Source of the DNA: a virus
Lineage: Duplodnaviria; Caudoviricetes
DNA length: 64,000 nucleotides
Virus record (IMG/VR): IMGVR_UViG_3300020112_000604
Location: 32,001-96,000 of that record
Strand: one strand, 5' to 3'
Shown piece after piece: positions 38,099 to 49,900 of this stretch. The first letter of the stretch is position 1. Each line of letters begins with the position of its first letter. A program made the position numbers and the translations under genes. The notes under the pieces are model-generated. The model worked only from the letters and a program-made list of their open reading frames with translations, did not search any database and was not told the origin of the DNA.

Positions 38099-38521
38099 TT
38101 ACTTGAATACAATTTCTACAATGTTCTCATTTGACTGAGTTATTGCGTATGTCTTTTCCACAATGGCGTCTGAATTCATATGTGCTCCCATATATGAACC
38201 ATAGAAGAGCTCATCATAAATTTCAACGATTGTATTGTGGATTGTACCATGTCCGATATAGATATCAGCCTTAGGTACGTCAATGGTAAGTACTAATTCG
38301 CCATCACGCATAGCAAGTGTCGCTGCACCCTTTACACGATAAATAGCACGAATCTTTGTCATCTCTGATGATGACAAGATTTTCGGTCCTTTAGCCTGTC
38401 CAGTTTTGTCGTTAGTTGTGGCAGCCAATTTGACTTTACTGAAGTTATTGTTATCGTACAGAAACTTGTGTATCTCCTTAAGATAATATTCCTCTGTTGT
38501 GTTATTGATTCTTGATTTCAT
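38099..38521 (-). CDS. Hypothetical protein, 140 aa
   Basis: RBS AGGAGG. Confidence 0.75.
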   Translation of the reverse strand: MKSRINNTTEEYYLKEIHKFLYDNNNFSKVKLAATTNDKTGQAKGPKILSSSEMTKIRAIYRVKGAATLAMRDGELVLTIDVPKADIYIGHGTIHNTIVEIYDELFYGSYMGAHMNSDAIVEKTYAITQSNENIVEIVFK

Positions 38522-38535
38522 GTATTATCCTCCTG

Positions 38536-38979
38536 TTATTTAATATCTATTATCTTGGTCTGATTCGATGCTCGGATTGATTTACCAAACATGAATACTA
38601 CGACACTAGATATTATAGTCAAAGATATAGCAACACCAAATACCGGATTGTCTAAAGACACGTCTGCAATAGGCATTGCGTTTAATGTAGCTAAAAACAT
38701 AAGGAGACTACCAAAGTAGTAATCCTTAGTATGTCTTGGTTTAAGATCGCTGATTGATATTTCGGTCACGTGACCACAATCAGGACATTTGATTTGAACG
38801 ATATCTGCATGAGTTTTTGTAGTCTCATGTATTTCACCGCACACATTTGTCAGAAAAGTCATGTAAGAGGCGTCCTTTCCTTCTTCGAAGATGCATTTGC
38901 ATCCACAAGACTTACAACGGAATTTTATATTGCCGTCAAGCACAGGCTTTTGACAATCTCCGTGTTCTAAAACTTTCAA
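38536..38979 (-). CDS. Zinc-ribbon protein with two C-terminal TM segments (~147 aa)
   Basis: FRCKSCGC ... IKCPDCG; likely TTG start at 38979 after GTGAGG (start uncertain). Confidence 0.65.
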   Translation of the reverse strand: MKVLEHGDCQKPVLDGNIKFRCKSCGCKCIFEEGKDASYMTFLTNVCGEIHETTKTHADIVQIKCPDCGHVTEISISDLKPRHTKDYYFGSLLMFLATLNAMPIADVSLDNPVFGVAISLTIISSVVVFMFGKSIRASNQTKIIDIK

Positions 38980-38996
38980 AGCTATCATCCTCACTT

Positions 38997-39396
38997 TCAT
39001 TTTCGATTTTGATATATCATACAGCAAATATTAGCAATTGCTGACAGCATCGTCAGCAGAGACGCTAATCCAATAATCGATGTACTGTGAGGAAAATTAC
39101 AAAATGATAAATCCCAATCAATCAAAAGTAATGCTATGCTGCCAATAACCATTCCTCTGTTAAAAGCATATCGACCATCAGTTTTAGACGTCGTGTTATT
39201 AATTTGTTCGTTATTTAAACGAACCGCCGTCAGCAAACCTGTTATAACCGCCATAGCTAATAAAGGTATGATTACTATAGGAATATTTCTGAGTGCATAT
39301 ATCGCCAATATAGCAAATATTGATAGAAACAATAATATTGTTGATATTAATAATAAAATTGTTACCGCATCTAAATTTTTACGAGGGACTCTGCAT
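38997..39396 (-). CDS. Multi-pass membrane protein; the RBS-supported ATG is 1 nt out of frame
   Basis: AAGGAGG-N8-ATG CAG AGT CCC TCG TAA; the +1 frame (CCT CGT AAA ...) is open to 38997 and highly hydrophobic. Confidence 0.55.
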
Positions 39397-39409
39397 ATGT
39401 AATGCCTCC

Positions 39410-39673
39410 TTAAAATTTCATATCTGAGTATAATTCATTTTCTGTAATGGCTTTGAAGCCTTTAGAACCCTGAGTTTCAATTATATGCTTCAGCCTGGCT
39501 TTAGCCAGTTCTTCTTTGTTTATATTTGCAGTGTTCATTTTATATACAGAGCTAAGAGCTGATGGTTCTTCTTTTACCAGAGGATTGGATTTATTCGGTT
39601 TCATATCCATTAAAACCACGTCTCCTCGACGTGGTTTTGAATTTGGTTCATATGTGCGAAAATTACTATGCAT
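39410..39673 (-). CDS. Hypothetical protein, 87 aa
   Basis: RBS AAAGGAG; operonic. Confidence 0.7.
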   Translation of the reverse strand: MHSNFRTYEPNSKPRRGDVVLMDMKPNKSNPLVKEEPSALSSVYKMNTANINKEELAKARLKHIIETQGSKGFKAITENELYSDMKF

Positions 39674-39674
39674 A

Positions 39675-40070
39675 TTATGTCTCCTTTGTCTTTGCTGACA
39701 TTGAAAGGTTTGCTACTTTTCTGTAACGTGGCTCGTCAACGTAAGTTCCGTTCTTAGTCTTCTCATATCCTGTCTTGACTGTAAAATCGTAATCTGTTGC
39801 CGGATGGTCTGCATCCTTAGGATATATAAAGTTTCTACGGTTCTCTTTATACCATTCGTATATTGCTTTGAATTTTACAGTCCATAAGAATAAACTGTAT
39901 GCTGTATGATTAAGAGCCGGATCTAAATGATGAATGTGTGAACGACTGCAGAATTCTTTCCACTGCACCTGGATGTCCTGAATTACAAGGAATGTAGCAA
40001 TAGCTTTTTCCTTAGTGTCAAGATGAGTGTTTTCAGCGTAGAATTCATCAAAGAAAATATAATCTTTCAT
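39675..40070 (-). CDS. Hypothetical protein, 131 aa
   Basis: RBS AGGAGGT. Confidence 0.75.
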   Translation of the reverse strand: MKDYIFFDEFYAENTHLDTKEKAIATFLVIQDIQVQWKEFCSRSHIHHLDPALNHTAYSLFLWTVKFKAIYEWYKENRRNFIYPKDADHPATDYDFTVKTGYEKTKNGTYVDEPRYRKVANLSMSAKTKET

Positions 40071-40090
40071 TTTTAGATTACCTCCTGTAT

Positions 40091-40453
40091 TTAGAACTGT
40101 ATTAATCCACCCTTAGCGGACCAGCATTTTACCGTAAAGACAAAACTTAGAAGCGATGAATCGAGTTTCATGTCCGAAGCTTTATATAATGCCGATATTA
40201 TCAGATTCCCTATTGCCAGTATAGAATAGTCAGCTGAACTGACATCGATTAATTCGTCCGGAGACATAATTGTTAAGCATTTAGTACTGGTTTCATAAAA
40301 CACAGTCATCGGTACTTTAAATGTATTCATGACACCGTTGTATATTTCATCAGATAACTTCTTGACGAATTCTGGGTTTTCAAGAAGTCTACGTACCTGC
40401 ATTCCTGTATCGTATATTTTGTCACTTATCGTCTGTTTGTCTTTATTAGTCAT
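40091..40453 (-). CDS. Hypothetical protein, 120 aa
   Basis: Start moved to ATG 40453 (RBS AAAGGAG). Confidence 0.7.
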   Translation of the reverse strand: MTNKDKQTISDKIYDTGMQVRRLLENPEFVKKLSDEIYNGVMNTFKVPMTVFYETSTKCLTIMSPDELIDVSSADYSILAIGNLIISALYKASDMKLDSSLLSFVFTVKCWSAKGGLIQF

Positions 40454-40472
40454 ATAAAAATTTCTCCTTTCA

Positions 40473-41183
40473 TTATGTGAACTTGAGTTCGCCCTTATCA
40501 AAATATGGTATCTCGACGTTTTCTGGAAAGTCTTTGCGTCCGGTAATTGTTTTCCACTGTGGTTTAGTATAAACCGCATTTAGGAATTTTAAATCTATCT
40601 CTATTCTTGGTAATACTGAATAATACTTATTCACTATTCCGGTTACGGTCATAGCGTCATCTAACCATACATTGGCGTTATACATGTCGGAATACTTCTT
40701 TCCGATATTATCCCAGTCCGGTTTAGAAAGATGACGTATTAAACCTATCTCAGCAAGAAATGTTTGCCAAGTATTGAAACTCTTTGGTGTCTGGAAGTAT
40801 GCATTATATGTGACTATGGCAGGAGTTGTAACCAGATAATCCAGTTTGTATAACTCGTCATATGTCAACAATTCATGCATTCTCTTGTGTCCTGCCGCAG
40901 CATCTGGAGAGTATACGTGTACGAATCCATCTCTAGCCGCAGCGGCTACATTCTTTTTGGTAATGAAACGGAATCGAGGACGTTTAGCGCCCTCAGGATT
41001 CTCATATAGCGTTACCTTGTAGTCCATGTAGTACAGTTGGTCAACCATTGCATCACGATATGCAATGATATTATCGTAATCCTTAGGAGTTAAATGATAT
41101 TGACTACAAAGCCATTGCAATCGTTCATCATAATCTTTAGGAATTGAACCATACTTTTCAAGGTATTCTTTTTCGTTATACAT
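40473..41183 (-). CDS. RusA-like Holliday junction resolvase, 236 aa
   Basis: KRPRF, KPDWDNIGKKYSD and VWLDDA...KYY...PRIEI match the RusA catalytic DxDNxxKxxxD and DD motifs. Confidence 0.85.
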   Translation of the reverse strand: MYNEKEYLEKYGSIPKDYDERLQWLCSQYHLTPKDYDNIIAYRDAMVDQLYYMDYKVTLYENPEGAKRPRFRFITKKNVAAAARDGFVHVYSPDAAAGHKRMHELLTYDELYKLDYLVTTPAIVTYNAYFQTPKSFNTWQTFLAEIGLIRHLSKPDWDNIGKKYSDMYNANVWLDDAMTVTGIVNKYYSVLPRIEIDLKFLNAVYTKPQWKTITGRKDFPENVEIPYFDKGELKFT

Positions 41184-41706
41184 TCTGTCCTCCTAAAGAG
41201 ATTTCCATCATCTTCAGTATTCTATGAAATTCCAATGTCATCTCCGCCATCTTAATCTGATATTCGTATGAAGTGAATACCATAGAACGAGAATACTTGC
41301 TGCCGATATGTCCGGCGAATCCACCTTTGTATTTGAATTTGGCTCCGATTGCGTAATAACTGTCATCATCCGATGGATAAAAGTGTGAATACTTAAAGTC
41401 AGAACCGTGTGAATCAAATACCGTGCTTAATGCCGTTATTAATTCACCATCGTCGCTAGGATGGATGAATATTTCAAATCCGAATTCTCCGCCGTCCTTA
41501 TTATCATCCATTGTAAAACTGTTTACATAGAAACCCTCATCCTCTAATGCCAGAATGAATGGAGAAATGAGTTCATTTCCTGTAACGTCTATCGTTCGTC
41601 TACCGCGACAATATTCACATGCAGGAATCATTGTGTTTTTCTTGAATCTACGTGGTTTATCACTCACGTCGAATATTAATCCGCATTCTAAACAAATTCG
41701 TTTCAT
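41176..41706 (-). CDS. Zinc-ribbon protein, 176 aa
   Basis: CLECG ... CEYC; start moved to ATG 41706 (RBS GGGAGGT). Confidence 0.75.
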   Translation of the reverse strand: MKRICLECGLIFDVSDKPRRFKKNTMIPACEYCRGRRTIDVTGNELISPFILALEDEGFYVNSFTMDDNKDGGEFGFEIFIHPSDDGELITALSTVFDSHGSDFKYSHFYPSDDDSYYAIGAKFKYKGGFAGHIGSKYSRSMVFTSYEYQIKMAEMTLEFHRILKMMEISLGGQNV

Positions 41707-41729
41707 AATATAACCTCCCACAAAATTTA

Positions 41730-41758
41730 ACACGTAAGGTGAATATCACCTTACGTGT
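41730..41758 (-). terminator. Terminator-like hairpin
   Basis: ACACGTAAGGTGA/TCACCTTACGTGT 13-bp stem; imperfect T tail. Confidence 0.7.
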
Positions 41759-41776
41759 AAGTTAAGCGGTTTGTAT

Positions 41777-43843
41777 TTAGTAACGTTTGCTTAGTTTATT
41801 AGACAGATTCACGATTGTATTATCTGACATGCGCTGCCATAAGGTTGCAACGTTAGTTGGAATGTCGGTTATTCGTGAAACGATATTGAGGTCCGCATAC
41901 ATTTTAGCATAACGTGCTGCGTCAGGCACATTGTAGTTTACACCACAAAGATTTGCCAGGAAATCCATTTCCGCAATGTTGGCCATCATACCGTATTTCA
42001 TATTTGCCATAGACGTCATAGACATCTGGTTATACAAATTCTTTAAGGTCATTTGGACTTCTACAACGGTCGGTAGCCCATCTTTATTCCAACAGTTTTC
42101 TTTACCGATATTGACGTTCATATTTGTAATGATGCCCATATCGATATTGAATATACCCTTGCAGAATCCCTTTACCAAGAAAGGAGATATATAACCATGC
42201 TTGTCTGACTGCCTTGGTGAAACTAATCCCCACGCATGAATGAGTGGACATAATACATATTCCCAAATAGAAAAGTTATCTGGATCTGGAGCGACGAGTC
42301 TAAAGCTAATATTATAGGATTCACTACAGTCAGATTCGTTCCACAGTTCCGGGAACATGAGTTTACCACCGGCGATACATGTATTGATTCCGCTAACAAT
42401 CGTAGAGAATAATCCACCGCCGACAGGCAGCTTAGAAACGAAGTCGTTGAGTGAATCAATATCACCGCTTAACTGGTCTTTAAGTTCGTCGAATTTAAGT
42501 CCCATTGATGAAGACGATAAACCTAAGATATACTGAAGCTCTCTCGCCTGGTCAGACAATGCATTAATCGACGAAGCTAATTGAGACTGAGTCGTTGAGT
42601 TAGAGAACTCTCGAGATGTGGACAATTCAGCATTAGCATAGATTGGAATACTGCCTCGGTAGTATGCGACTCGTTGCATATCTTCTACCTTATCCCAGAA
42701 TGACAATTTGCCGTCTGCTCCGAGCATCTCGTCAGAACCCACCTCAACGTCTTCAGAATCAAGATAGTTCCATGCCCAGTTATATGAGTATGGTTTCATT
42801 GTTCCTCTTACCGAGTCATATATAGGATTCTCAAGTTGTAAGAATTCCGCCATAGCACGGCATGCCGGATTGACATATGAAAAGTACTTCTCGTAACAGT
42901 GTTCAACTGAATAGAGTTTACCCGAATAGTCATCCATTAAGGAATCCAATGCTGTTGTATCGGCACTGTTAGCCAATGCCTTTACATATTTTTCAAGGCC
43001 CTGTTTTCTATCCGAACCAGACAGAGACGGTAAGAATACCGGCTCGCATGGAGTCAGATAAACCAGTGGCATCTTTGAAGCGATAGATTTAAGATAATCA
43101 GTACCCATATTCTGAATACTGAAAGCATCCACACTGCTGTTATATCCTAAGCGTAAATCTGTGGATGGTAAAAACTGTGGAGGTACACCAATAATACCTC
43201 TAAGTTTTGATATTTGGTGCATGTTTTGTAATTCTGACGCCGTAAATGATGTACTCATAGCAGCAATTACTTCAGCATACTTTTCGAAGTCAGGGCTATA
43301 TCCTAAATCTTCGTCTGTAAGTAAACCGGCTTCCGTAACATCTCCGCCAACGGCTGCGTCTAAAGAATCAACAACAGCTTCATCTCCTGGAGATGAGGTT
43401 CCGTATGCTGGTGAAGCATAGCCAGTTATAGCAGTATATGTATACTGTCTAGTAAGTGAATCAACCTTAGCTGTTCTAGGGTTATCATTAGGGTCTATGT
43501 TTCCTTCTATCGTTTTACAAGACGATGCACCAACTTCAACAACAAGGGCAACGTGGTCTGCGTCGCCAGTGAAGTCATAGTCAAAATATATCAAGTCACC
43601 GATTTTAGGTTTATATCCCGAAGTACGTGGATGAAACCGATTCTTTGCTTTGAACCATTCCATCTGACTCGTGCAGTGTGTATCTTTAGGAATGCATCCA
43701 CCGTTACCGGTCTTTTGGGCAATAGTAGAAATAAATGAAGCACACCATGCATAACAACCGCCACCGAATATTTCGGTATATTCCTTGTATCCATGGCCCA
43801 AACCTTTCTTAGCCTCGGCAACTATGGCAGCGACACTTCCCAT
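41777..43843 (-). CDS. Baseplate/tail protein with an N-terminal CHAP peptidoglycan hydrolase, 688 aa
   Basis: AWCASFIS, GDLIYFD, DHVALV and TIEGN identify CHAP; the C-terminal PELW...YNISFRL...SPFLV...DGLPTVVEV block is tube-initiator-like. Start at ATG 43843. Confidence 0.8.
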   Translation of the reverse strand: MGSVAAIVAEAKKGLGHGYKEYTEIFGGGCYAWCASFISTIAQKTGNGGCIPKDTHCTSQMEWFKAKNRFHPRTSGYKPKIGDLIYFDYDFTGDADHVALVVEVGASSCKTIEGNIDPNDNPRTAKVDSLTRQYTYTAITGYASPAYGTSSPGDEAVVDSLDAAVGGDVTEAGLLTDEDLGYSPDFEKYAEVIAAMSTSFTASELQNMHQISKLRGIIGVPPQFLPSTDLRLGYNSSVDAFSIQNMGTDYLKSIASKMPLVYLTPCEPVFLPSLSGSDRKQGLEKYVKALANSADTTALDSLMDDYSGKLYSVEHCYEKYFSYVNPACRAMAEFLQLENPIYDSVRGTMKPYSYNWAWNYLDSEDVEVGSDEMLGADGKLSFWDKVEDMQRVAYYRGSIPIYANAELSTSREFSNSTTQSQLASSINALSDQARELQYILGLSSSSMGLKFDELKDQLSGDIDSLNDFVSKLPVGGGLFSTIVSGINTCIAGGKLMFPELWNESDCSESYNISFRLVAPDPDNFSIWEYVLCPLIHAWGLVSPRQSDKHGYISPFLVKGFCKGIFNIDMGIITNMNVNIGKENCWNKDGLPTVVEVQMTLKNLYNQMSMTSMANMKYGMMANIAEMDFLANLCGVNYNVPDAARYAKMYADLNIVSRITDIPTNVATLWQRMSDNTIVNLSNKLSKRY

Positions 43844-43874
43844 AAACATCATCCTCCTTATTGATAGTATCAAT

Positions 43875-43886
43875 TACTCAAATGTT
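43875..43886 (-). promoter_or_regulatory. Late-type promoter AACA-TTTGAG-TA
   Basis: Identical to the portal copy; directly after a terminator. Confidence 0.7.
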
Positions 43887-43888
43887 TC

Positions 43889-43924
43889 AAAAAATATAGG
43901 GGAGGGCTTTTTACAGCCCTCCCC
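43889..43924 (-). terminator. Intrinsic terminator
   Basis: GGGGAGGGCT/AGCCCTCCCC stem plus T tract. Confidence 0.9.
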
Positions 43925-43933
43925 AAATATTTA

Positions 43934-46900
43934 TTACTTCTTAGCTATTCTGTAGACAGCGTCGATGATTTCGGAATTATTCATATCATTGAACTGTGCG
44001 TTCATAGCGTTGAGTCCCTGACGTGTCATACCGTTAGATGCAAGTAAAGCCTTTGAAAGCTCTGCCATCACGTTAGCAGTATTAGTGTCATTAGACTTGC
44101 CGCTCTTTGTGGATTTTGAATTGTTTCCTGAACCTGTCAGCTGACATGCGTTTGAAACTGAGAGTTTTGTAACTGCTGCAACGACATCCTGAAGTTTAGC
44201 AGTGTTGCCACTGATTTCACTAAGGAGTTTAACAACAGCGAGAAGAATTTCGTTAGTAGCGTTTCCGTTTGTAGGACCACCTGTATTCTTAGTGTTTGAA
44301 CCTATTCTAGCACCTGGCTCATACTTAGAACCGGTTGAACCTGTTCCTGAAGTACTTGCCGCAGCCTTAGCTTCAGCACGTTTAACAGCGTCTACTGCAC
44401 GTGTAACAGCATTTGTTGAAACCTTCTTGAAGTTTGCTGTGCCTGATGCTCTCGAAGAATCACATGTGCCGCTTGGACGTTTACCGTTAGCAGCCTGTCT
44501 AACAAGAGCCTTATCAACAAATCCCTTACCACTCTTCTTGTTAGGAGCTGGAGGTCCAACTAGTGTTGAAGATGTAGTAGTAGTAGAACTTGTTGTATTG
44601 GTTGTTTTCTTTGTGTTATTTGGAAGTAATGGTCCCATTACATCATCTGATGATGGTACAATTCCTGCACGCTGAGCTGCAGATTTAATGTAATCACTAT
44701 AGTCGTACTTGTTAGGGTCTACGTCGGCATGCCACATATCACTAGGCTTGTTAACCTGATAATGTAAGTGAGGACCTGTAGACTGACCAGTCGTACCACA
44801 GTAACCAACCAGTGTACCACGGAATACTTCGTCACCTTCATGAACCGGAGGAAGCTGACACTGATGTCCGAAGATGTGATAGTAACCATGAGTATCCTGA
44901 ACGATTGTAAGGTTGCCGTAGCCACCTGTATTCCATCCTGCGAATACTACCGTACCATCAACTGGAGAATATAATTTGTTGCCTTCTGGAGCAGCATAGT
45001 CAATACCACTATGGTCAGATCTATCTGGCGTTCTATATCCAGAAGATACCGATGAACCTTCAAGTGTTGCTAAGAACCATGCATCGGAACCATTTTCGGA
45101 TACAGATGATAAGTAGTCCTCGTCTCCGAGAGCACCTACACCTGCAGCTGCATTACCAGTTGTTGCCGATGCTGCACCGAATATGGCGTCGTATAAACCG
45201 CCATAGAGCTTTTTCAGTACCTTAGTAACGTAAGTACCAAGCCGTCCTATGAATGTGTTATCTACGGTTGTTGTTCCGCCATCTCCGTCTACGGATGAAC
45301 CATTATATGAGCCATTAACCGTGAAATCCTTGCAAATTGTACCAGGAGTATAGTTATTGAGATCGATATTTGCGAGTTTAGCTCCTGTATCTTTGATACG
45401 ATTTACCCATGCTCCTGAATACTGGCTTCCGCATGTAGCCCACCATGAGCTTGTAGCCATACGGTTAACGACATCATTGATTTCTTCGACGCCACCCTTG
45501 TGTGAAGGTCTCCATCCATCTGCCCATCCAGTGTGAACACCAGAGTTATAGATATCAGCAGGAACGATCATTGAAAGTGGGTTCTGAAGAATGCCAGAGT
45601 TATACATTTTAAGAGGATGAACCATGTTATTTTCTCTAAAGAGTTTATATGCCATGTTTTCCTGAACGTCCTGTCCAATACTCTCGTATTTTTCAAGAAC
45701 CTTAGAAAGTTTGTCAGCTTCACTCTGAGAAATAGCACTTGTTGCACGATTTGCAATGTTTAAGAGATATGCCTTGTCATCCGCATCAGTAACACGAGCA
45801 GCCATTTCACGAAGAACGTCTGCTGCAAGTGTGGCATGGAAACCGATTGCACCGATTGAAATACCACTGCCGTTATCATCAGGACATACTGCATGGAAAC
45901 CACCGGCTGTAGCTGCTTCTCTTGATACTACACATTCATAAAGAATAGCGTAAAGATTCTTTTCCTGCTGTGGTGTGAGAGCCGGTCCTGTGCCTGATTT
46001 AACACCCTTACGATATGACAATGGAGTAATACCTCTACCACTACGTTTTCCACGTCCTGCACTAATAGCGTAGATAGAATCTCTGATAGTGTCATTTGCG
46101 TCATAAATTCTATCGCCGAATGGATCTTCAGGGTCCTGAACAACTATCTTGTTGTTCTTCATTCCTGTTGCAAGTACATAGTGAGCATTCTGATTTCCGA
46201 ACGGAGTGGTTCCTCTACCAGACTGTCCCATGAGAATTACATCTTCACCATTAGCGAGTCTACGTCTTAAGTCCGAACGTGTTCCGACGTTTGCTGTACG
46301 TACACCATTTTTGCCGAGATAGTCTCCAAAGAATTCTGGGAATGTACCAGCGTTTCTTTCCTTATAGCCAAGAGCATTTCTTGCTGCGTCTCTTACGTCG
46401 TAATTCAGTCCACGTCTAGCGAGAACTTCTGAAGCAACTACAGGACCACAACCTGAGTCAGCGATTGACTGGAAATTGCTGTCACCAGAAATATTGAATC
46501 TATCATCATAATCTCTCTGATAGAGATGTGGGTTTGCCCCACCTGAATACTGGGACTTGATGTATGATGCCTGTTCGTCATCCAGTGGTTTAGGTGGGAT
46601 TAAGTATTTAAGTTTACGATTTTTGAATTCTGAACCCTTACCAGATTTCTTCTTACCGCCAAAAAGATTACTGAAGAATGTAGCAATCTTGCCTTTCTTC
46701 TTGGTTGTTGAAGACTTAGAGGTATTTGTGTTTGTTTTCTGAATAGGTTTTGGTGTTGTCATATCGTGCATTGACTCGTGACTTACACTGTAACCTGTAC
46801 CAGAAACTTCAGTATTTGTCAGCTGTGTTGCCGATGAAGCTTCGGTATCGAATACGGAATTAATAGCGTCCTGAATGATTGTGAGTGGTGATGAAATTGC

Positions 46901-49900
46901 ACGTCTCATGAACTCGCTTAATTTGTATAAGCTTGCTGCGAATGTTGTATCATTACCTGTGTTGATATACCAGAAACGCTTATCGTTTATCTTAATCTTA
47001 CCCTCGTCAATCTGTCGTGTTGCAGACTTATTCATACTTTCGTATCTTGCCATCTGCTCAGTAATATTCTTACCACCAGATATTGAGTTGATAAGATTGT
47101 CAATAAAGTTTCCGCCAGTAGGCATAAGCATATTTAACGGAGAGAGTTTATTGTTTGCATATGCGTTTGTTGCTAAAGCTTCATCTATTGCTGTGTCTAC
47201 TGCATCTACGCCAAATGGGTCTAATCCATCGTTAACCTTTGCATTAGTTTTAACCTTTGTCTTTGATGCAGTTGATTCAACTTCTTTATCTGCCTTAGTG
47301 AACCAGCCCTTAACTGTAGATTTGATCTTCTGCCATTCTGTTGGGTTAACAGCACGGTTAAAGTCTTCAACAGTTTCGAAATCTGTTCCATTTTCAGCAT
47401 TATACATGTCAATTGCTTCGAGCGCATTATCCTGTTTAGTTTTGATTGCCTTAGCGAAGTCTGCACCTAAGAAACTGAATAAGTCGAGAAGTACGTTTGC
47501 AATGAAGTCTGCAGGAATAATTGAGCAGCAAAGACCTGATATAACGTTTGTTAAACCTGCGAAGAATCTCTCGAATACGGATACCTCTTCGTCTACTATA
47601 CCAAGTACGTTACGTGCATTATCCCAACCTGCGATGAAGTCTAATACGGCCTGAGCTATAGCGAGTATAACTGTTGCTTTGCCAAGAACCTTAGCAAGAA
47701 CTTCTACAGATTCCATACCTAATTTCTTAGCAAGATTTGCGGCGAGTTTCTCACCAGTCTTAGCAAGTCTTTCACCTAAAGCCTTCTTAGACATTCCGAC
47801 CTTTTTAGCAAGTGGTGCAATCTTTTCAACAATCTTTGAATTGCCAAACAGTTTGGTTAATACTTCTTTAAGGAATGTACCAACCTTTGCAAGAAGTTTG
47901 GCTTTCTTGTCTGCGCCTGCTGCAGATCTAACTGCTGCTGTTGCAGCTGTTTCTACAGCGTCTTCTGCTACATCGGTTGCAATATTAGCTGCAGCTCTAC
48001 CGGATGCCTTGAGAGTCCAGTCGCGGAATTTGCGTCCCACATTTGCTGGAGCATTAATTACATTCATAGCACCTTCGCCGAGACGTCCGACGATTCCAAG
48101 TCCAGGAACCTTGCTTACACCCTTGAAGATACCAGCACCAGTTTTGCCTGCTATATTGCCAAGTGCCCCCATACCAGCAGCGTTATTAAGGAATGAACGA
48201 CCTGCCATCTGGAATAAAGATTTACCCTTATAGCCAGTAGCATTAGTCTGCTGTACGTCAGCGTTTCTGATAGACTGGAATGAAGCGTTACCTGCGATTT
48301 CTTCTGCGAAGTTTTCGTCGAGATACTGGGTGCCTATTCCTCTATTAGCCAGATAGTTCTGATAGTTAGCATTGTTTATAGCTACACCTTCAGCATTTTC
48401 AGCTAAAGGACCTAATACTGAGCTCTTTGCTACATCTACAAACGCGTTGGAGTTTGAATTGTCATATGCTTCGCGTTTAAGTTTGCTTTCGTTTATTTCT
48501 GCGCCAGTTGTGCCTGTTGCTCTACGTGCTGAACTTGTGATGCTGTTGTCAGCCTTTTTATTGCCGCTCTTACCAAATCCTACCTTAGATGAAATTGTTT
48601 TAGCGCCAGACTTGATGATTTCCCACGCAGCAACTAATGCATCTTCGATTATTTCAGGAAGACGGTCAATAAGGTCATCCATTACTGTAGGTAATACATC
48701 GTCTCTGAGAGTTGCGATTCCTGTTGACCAGAGGTCTCCAAGAACACTCTTAACCTTTGGAAGAGCTGTATCTTCTACCCATGGAATTACGGTATTCTTG
48801 ATGCCATTTACAACGCCCGATGCAATACCTCCAGTGTAATTACCAGAAGAATCCTTTTCGCCAACTAACCAAGGTACAAGTTTATCTTTACAGAAAGGAA
48901 TTACCCACTTAGCCATAGCACCAACGAAGAGTGGCACACCAACCGCGAGTTTACCAATACCAAATACCTTACCGAAGAATTTCTTAATCTTTCCGAAGAA
49001 AGATTCATCTTCGTCTTCACTATCATTCTTAGGAATGATAAAGTCAGCAATAGCAGTAATCTTATTCTTCATAGTCTGGAAGATTCCAACCTTTTCAGCC
49101 TTGTCTTTCTTAGCTTCGGCTTCTTCCTTAGAACCTGCTTCAGGTCTGTTGCGTCTAGGGTCATTAGGAAGTAATACGTCATCGGCAAATTCTGAGAGTC
49201 CGTCATTTGCTTCAGCATTAGTAGGAATCTGTCTGAGTATAGCTTCAAGCTCATCTGTGGTCATAGCCTTAAGAGCCTTAACTGAATACTTAGGGTCATT
49301 CTTAAAGAAACGAGTCTCAGAAATCTTCTTAATTAAATCGTCTCTACGTTCATCCTGATTGAAATTTGAGCTTAATCTATCAAATATAGAGACATGATTT
49401 CTATCAAGTAAATTCTGGATACCCATTCTCATTGACTCACGGTTTTCTTCAGATGCGAATCTGTTTAATACCGGAATCTTTGATGCTACTGTACGTACAC
49501 CCTCATTGAAACGTCCAACTGCTCTTTCCATTCCATTGTTTGAAGCACTCCAGATATCTTTTGCACGGAATTCTTTAAACTTAGACTTGTTGTTTGAAAG
49601 TGTTGAAATATACCTCTTAAGACCAACAGAATCGTTCTTAAACTGGTTAAGTATATATACGTTTTCTTCGGAAAGAACCTTACCGAGTTTAGCAGATTCT
49701 CTCTTAGTGAGTGTACAGATTGTGTCCAGAAGTTCCTTTTTGAATACGAATTTCTTCTTACCTGTAAATTTGAAGTTAGCAATGTTATAGACTTTATTCT
49801 TGTCAGTTTCGCTTAATTCAAAGAAGTCTGTTAAAGCTTCAAGATCAATGAACCAACCTTTATCGCCCATGTCATTGAGTAATCTAATTACATCTTCAGA

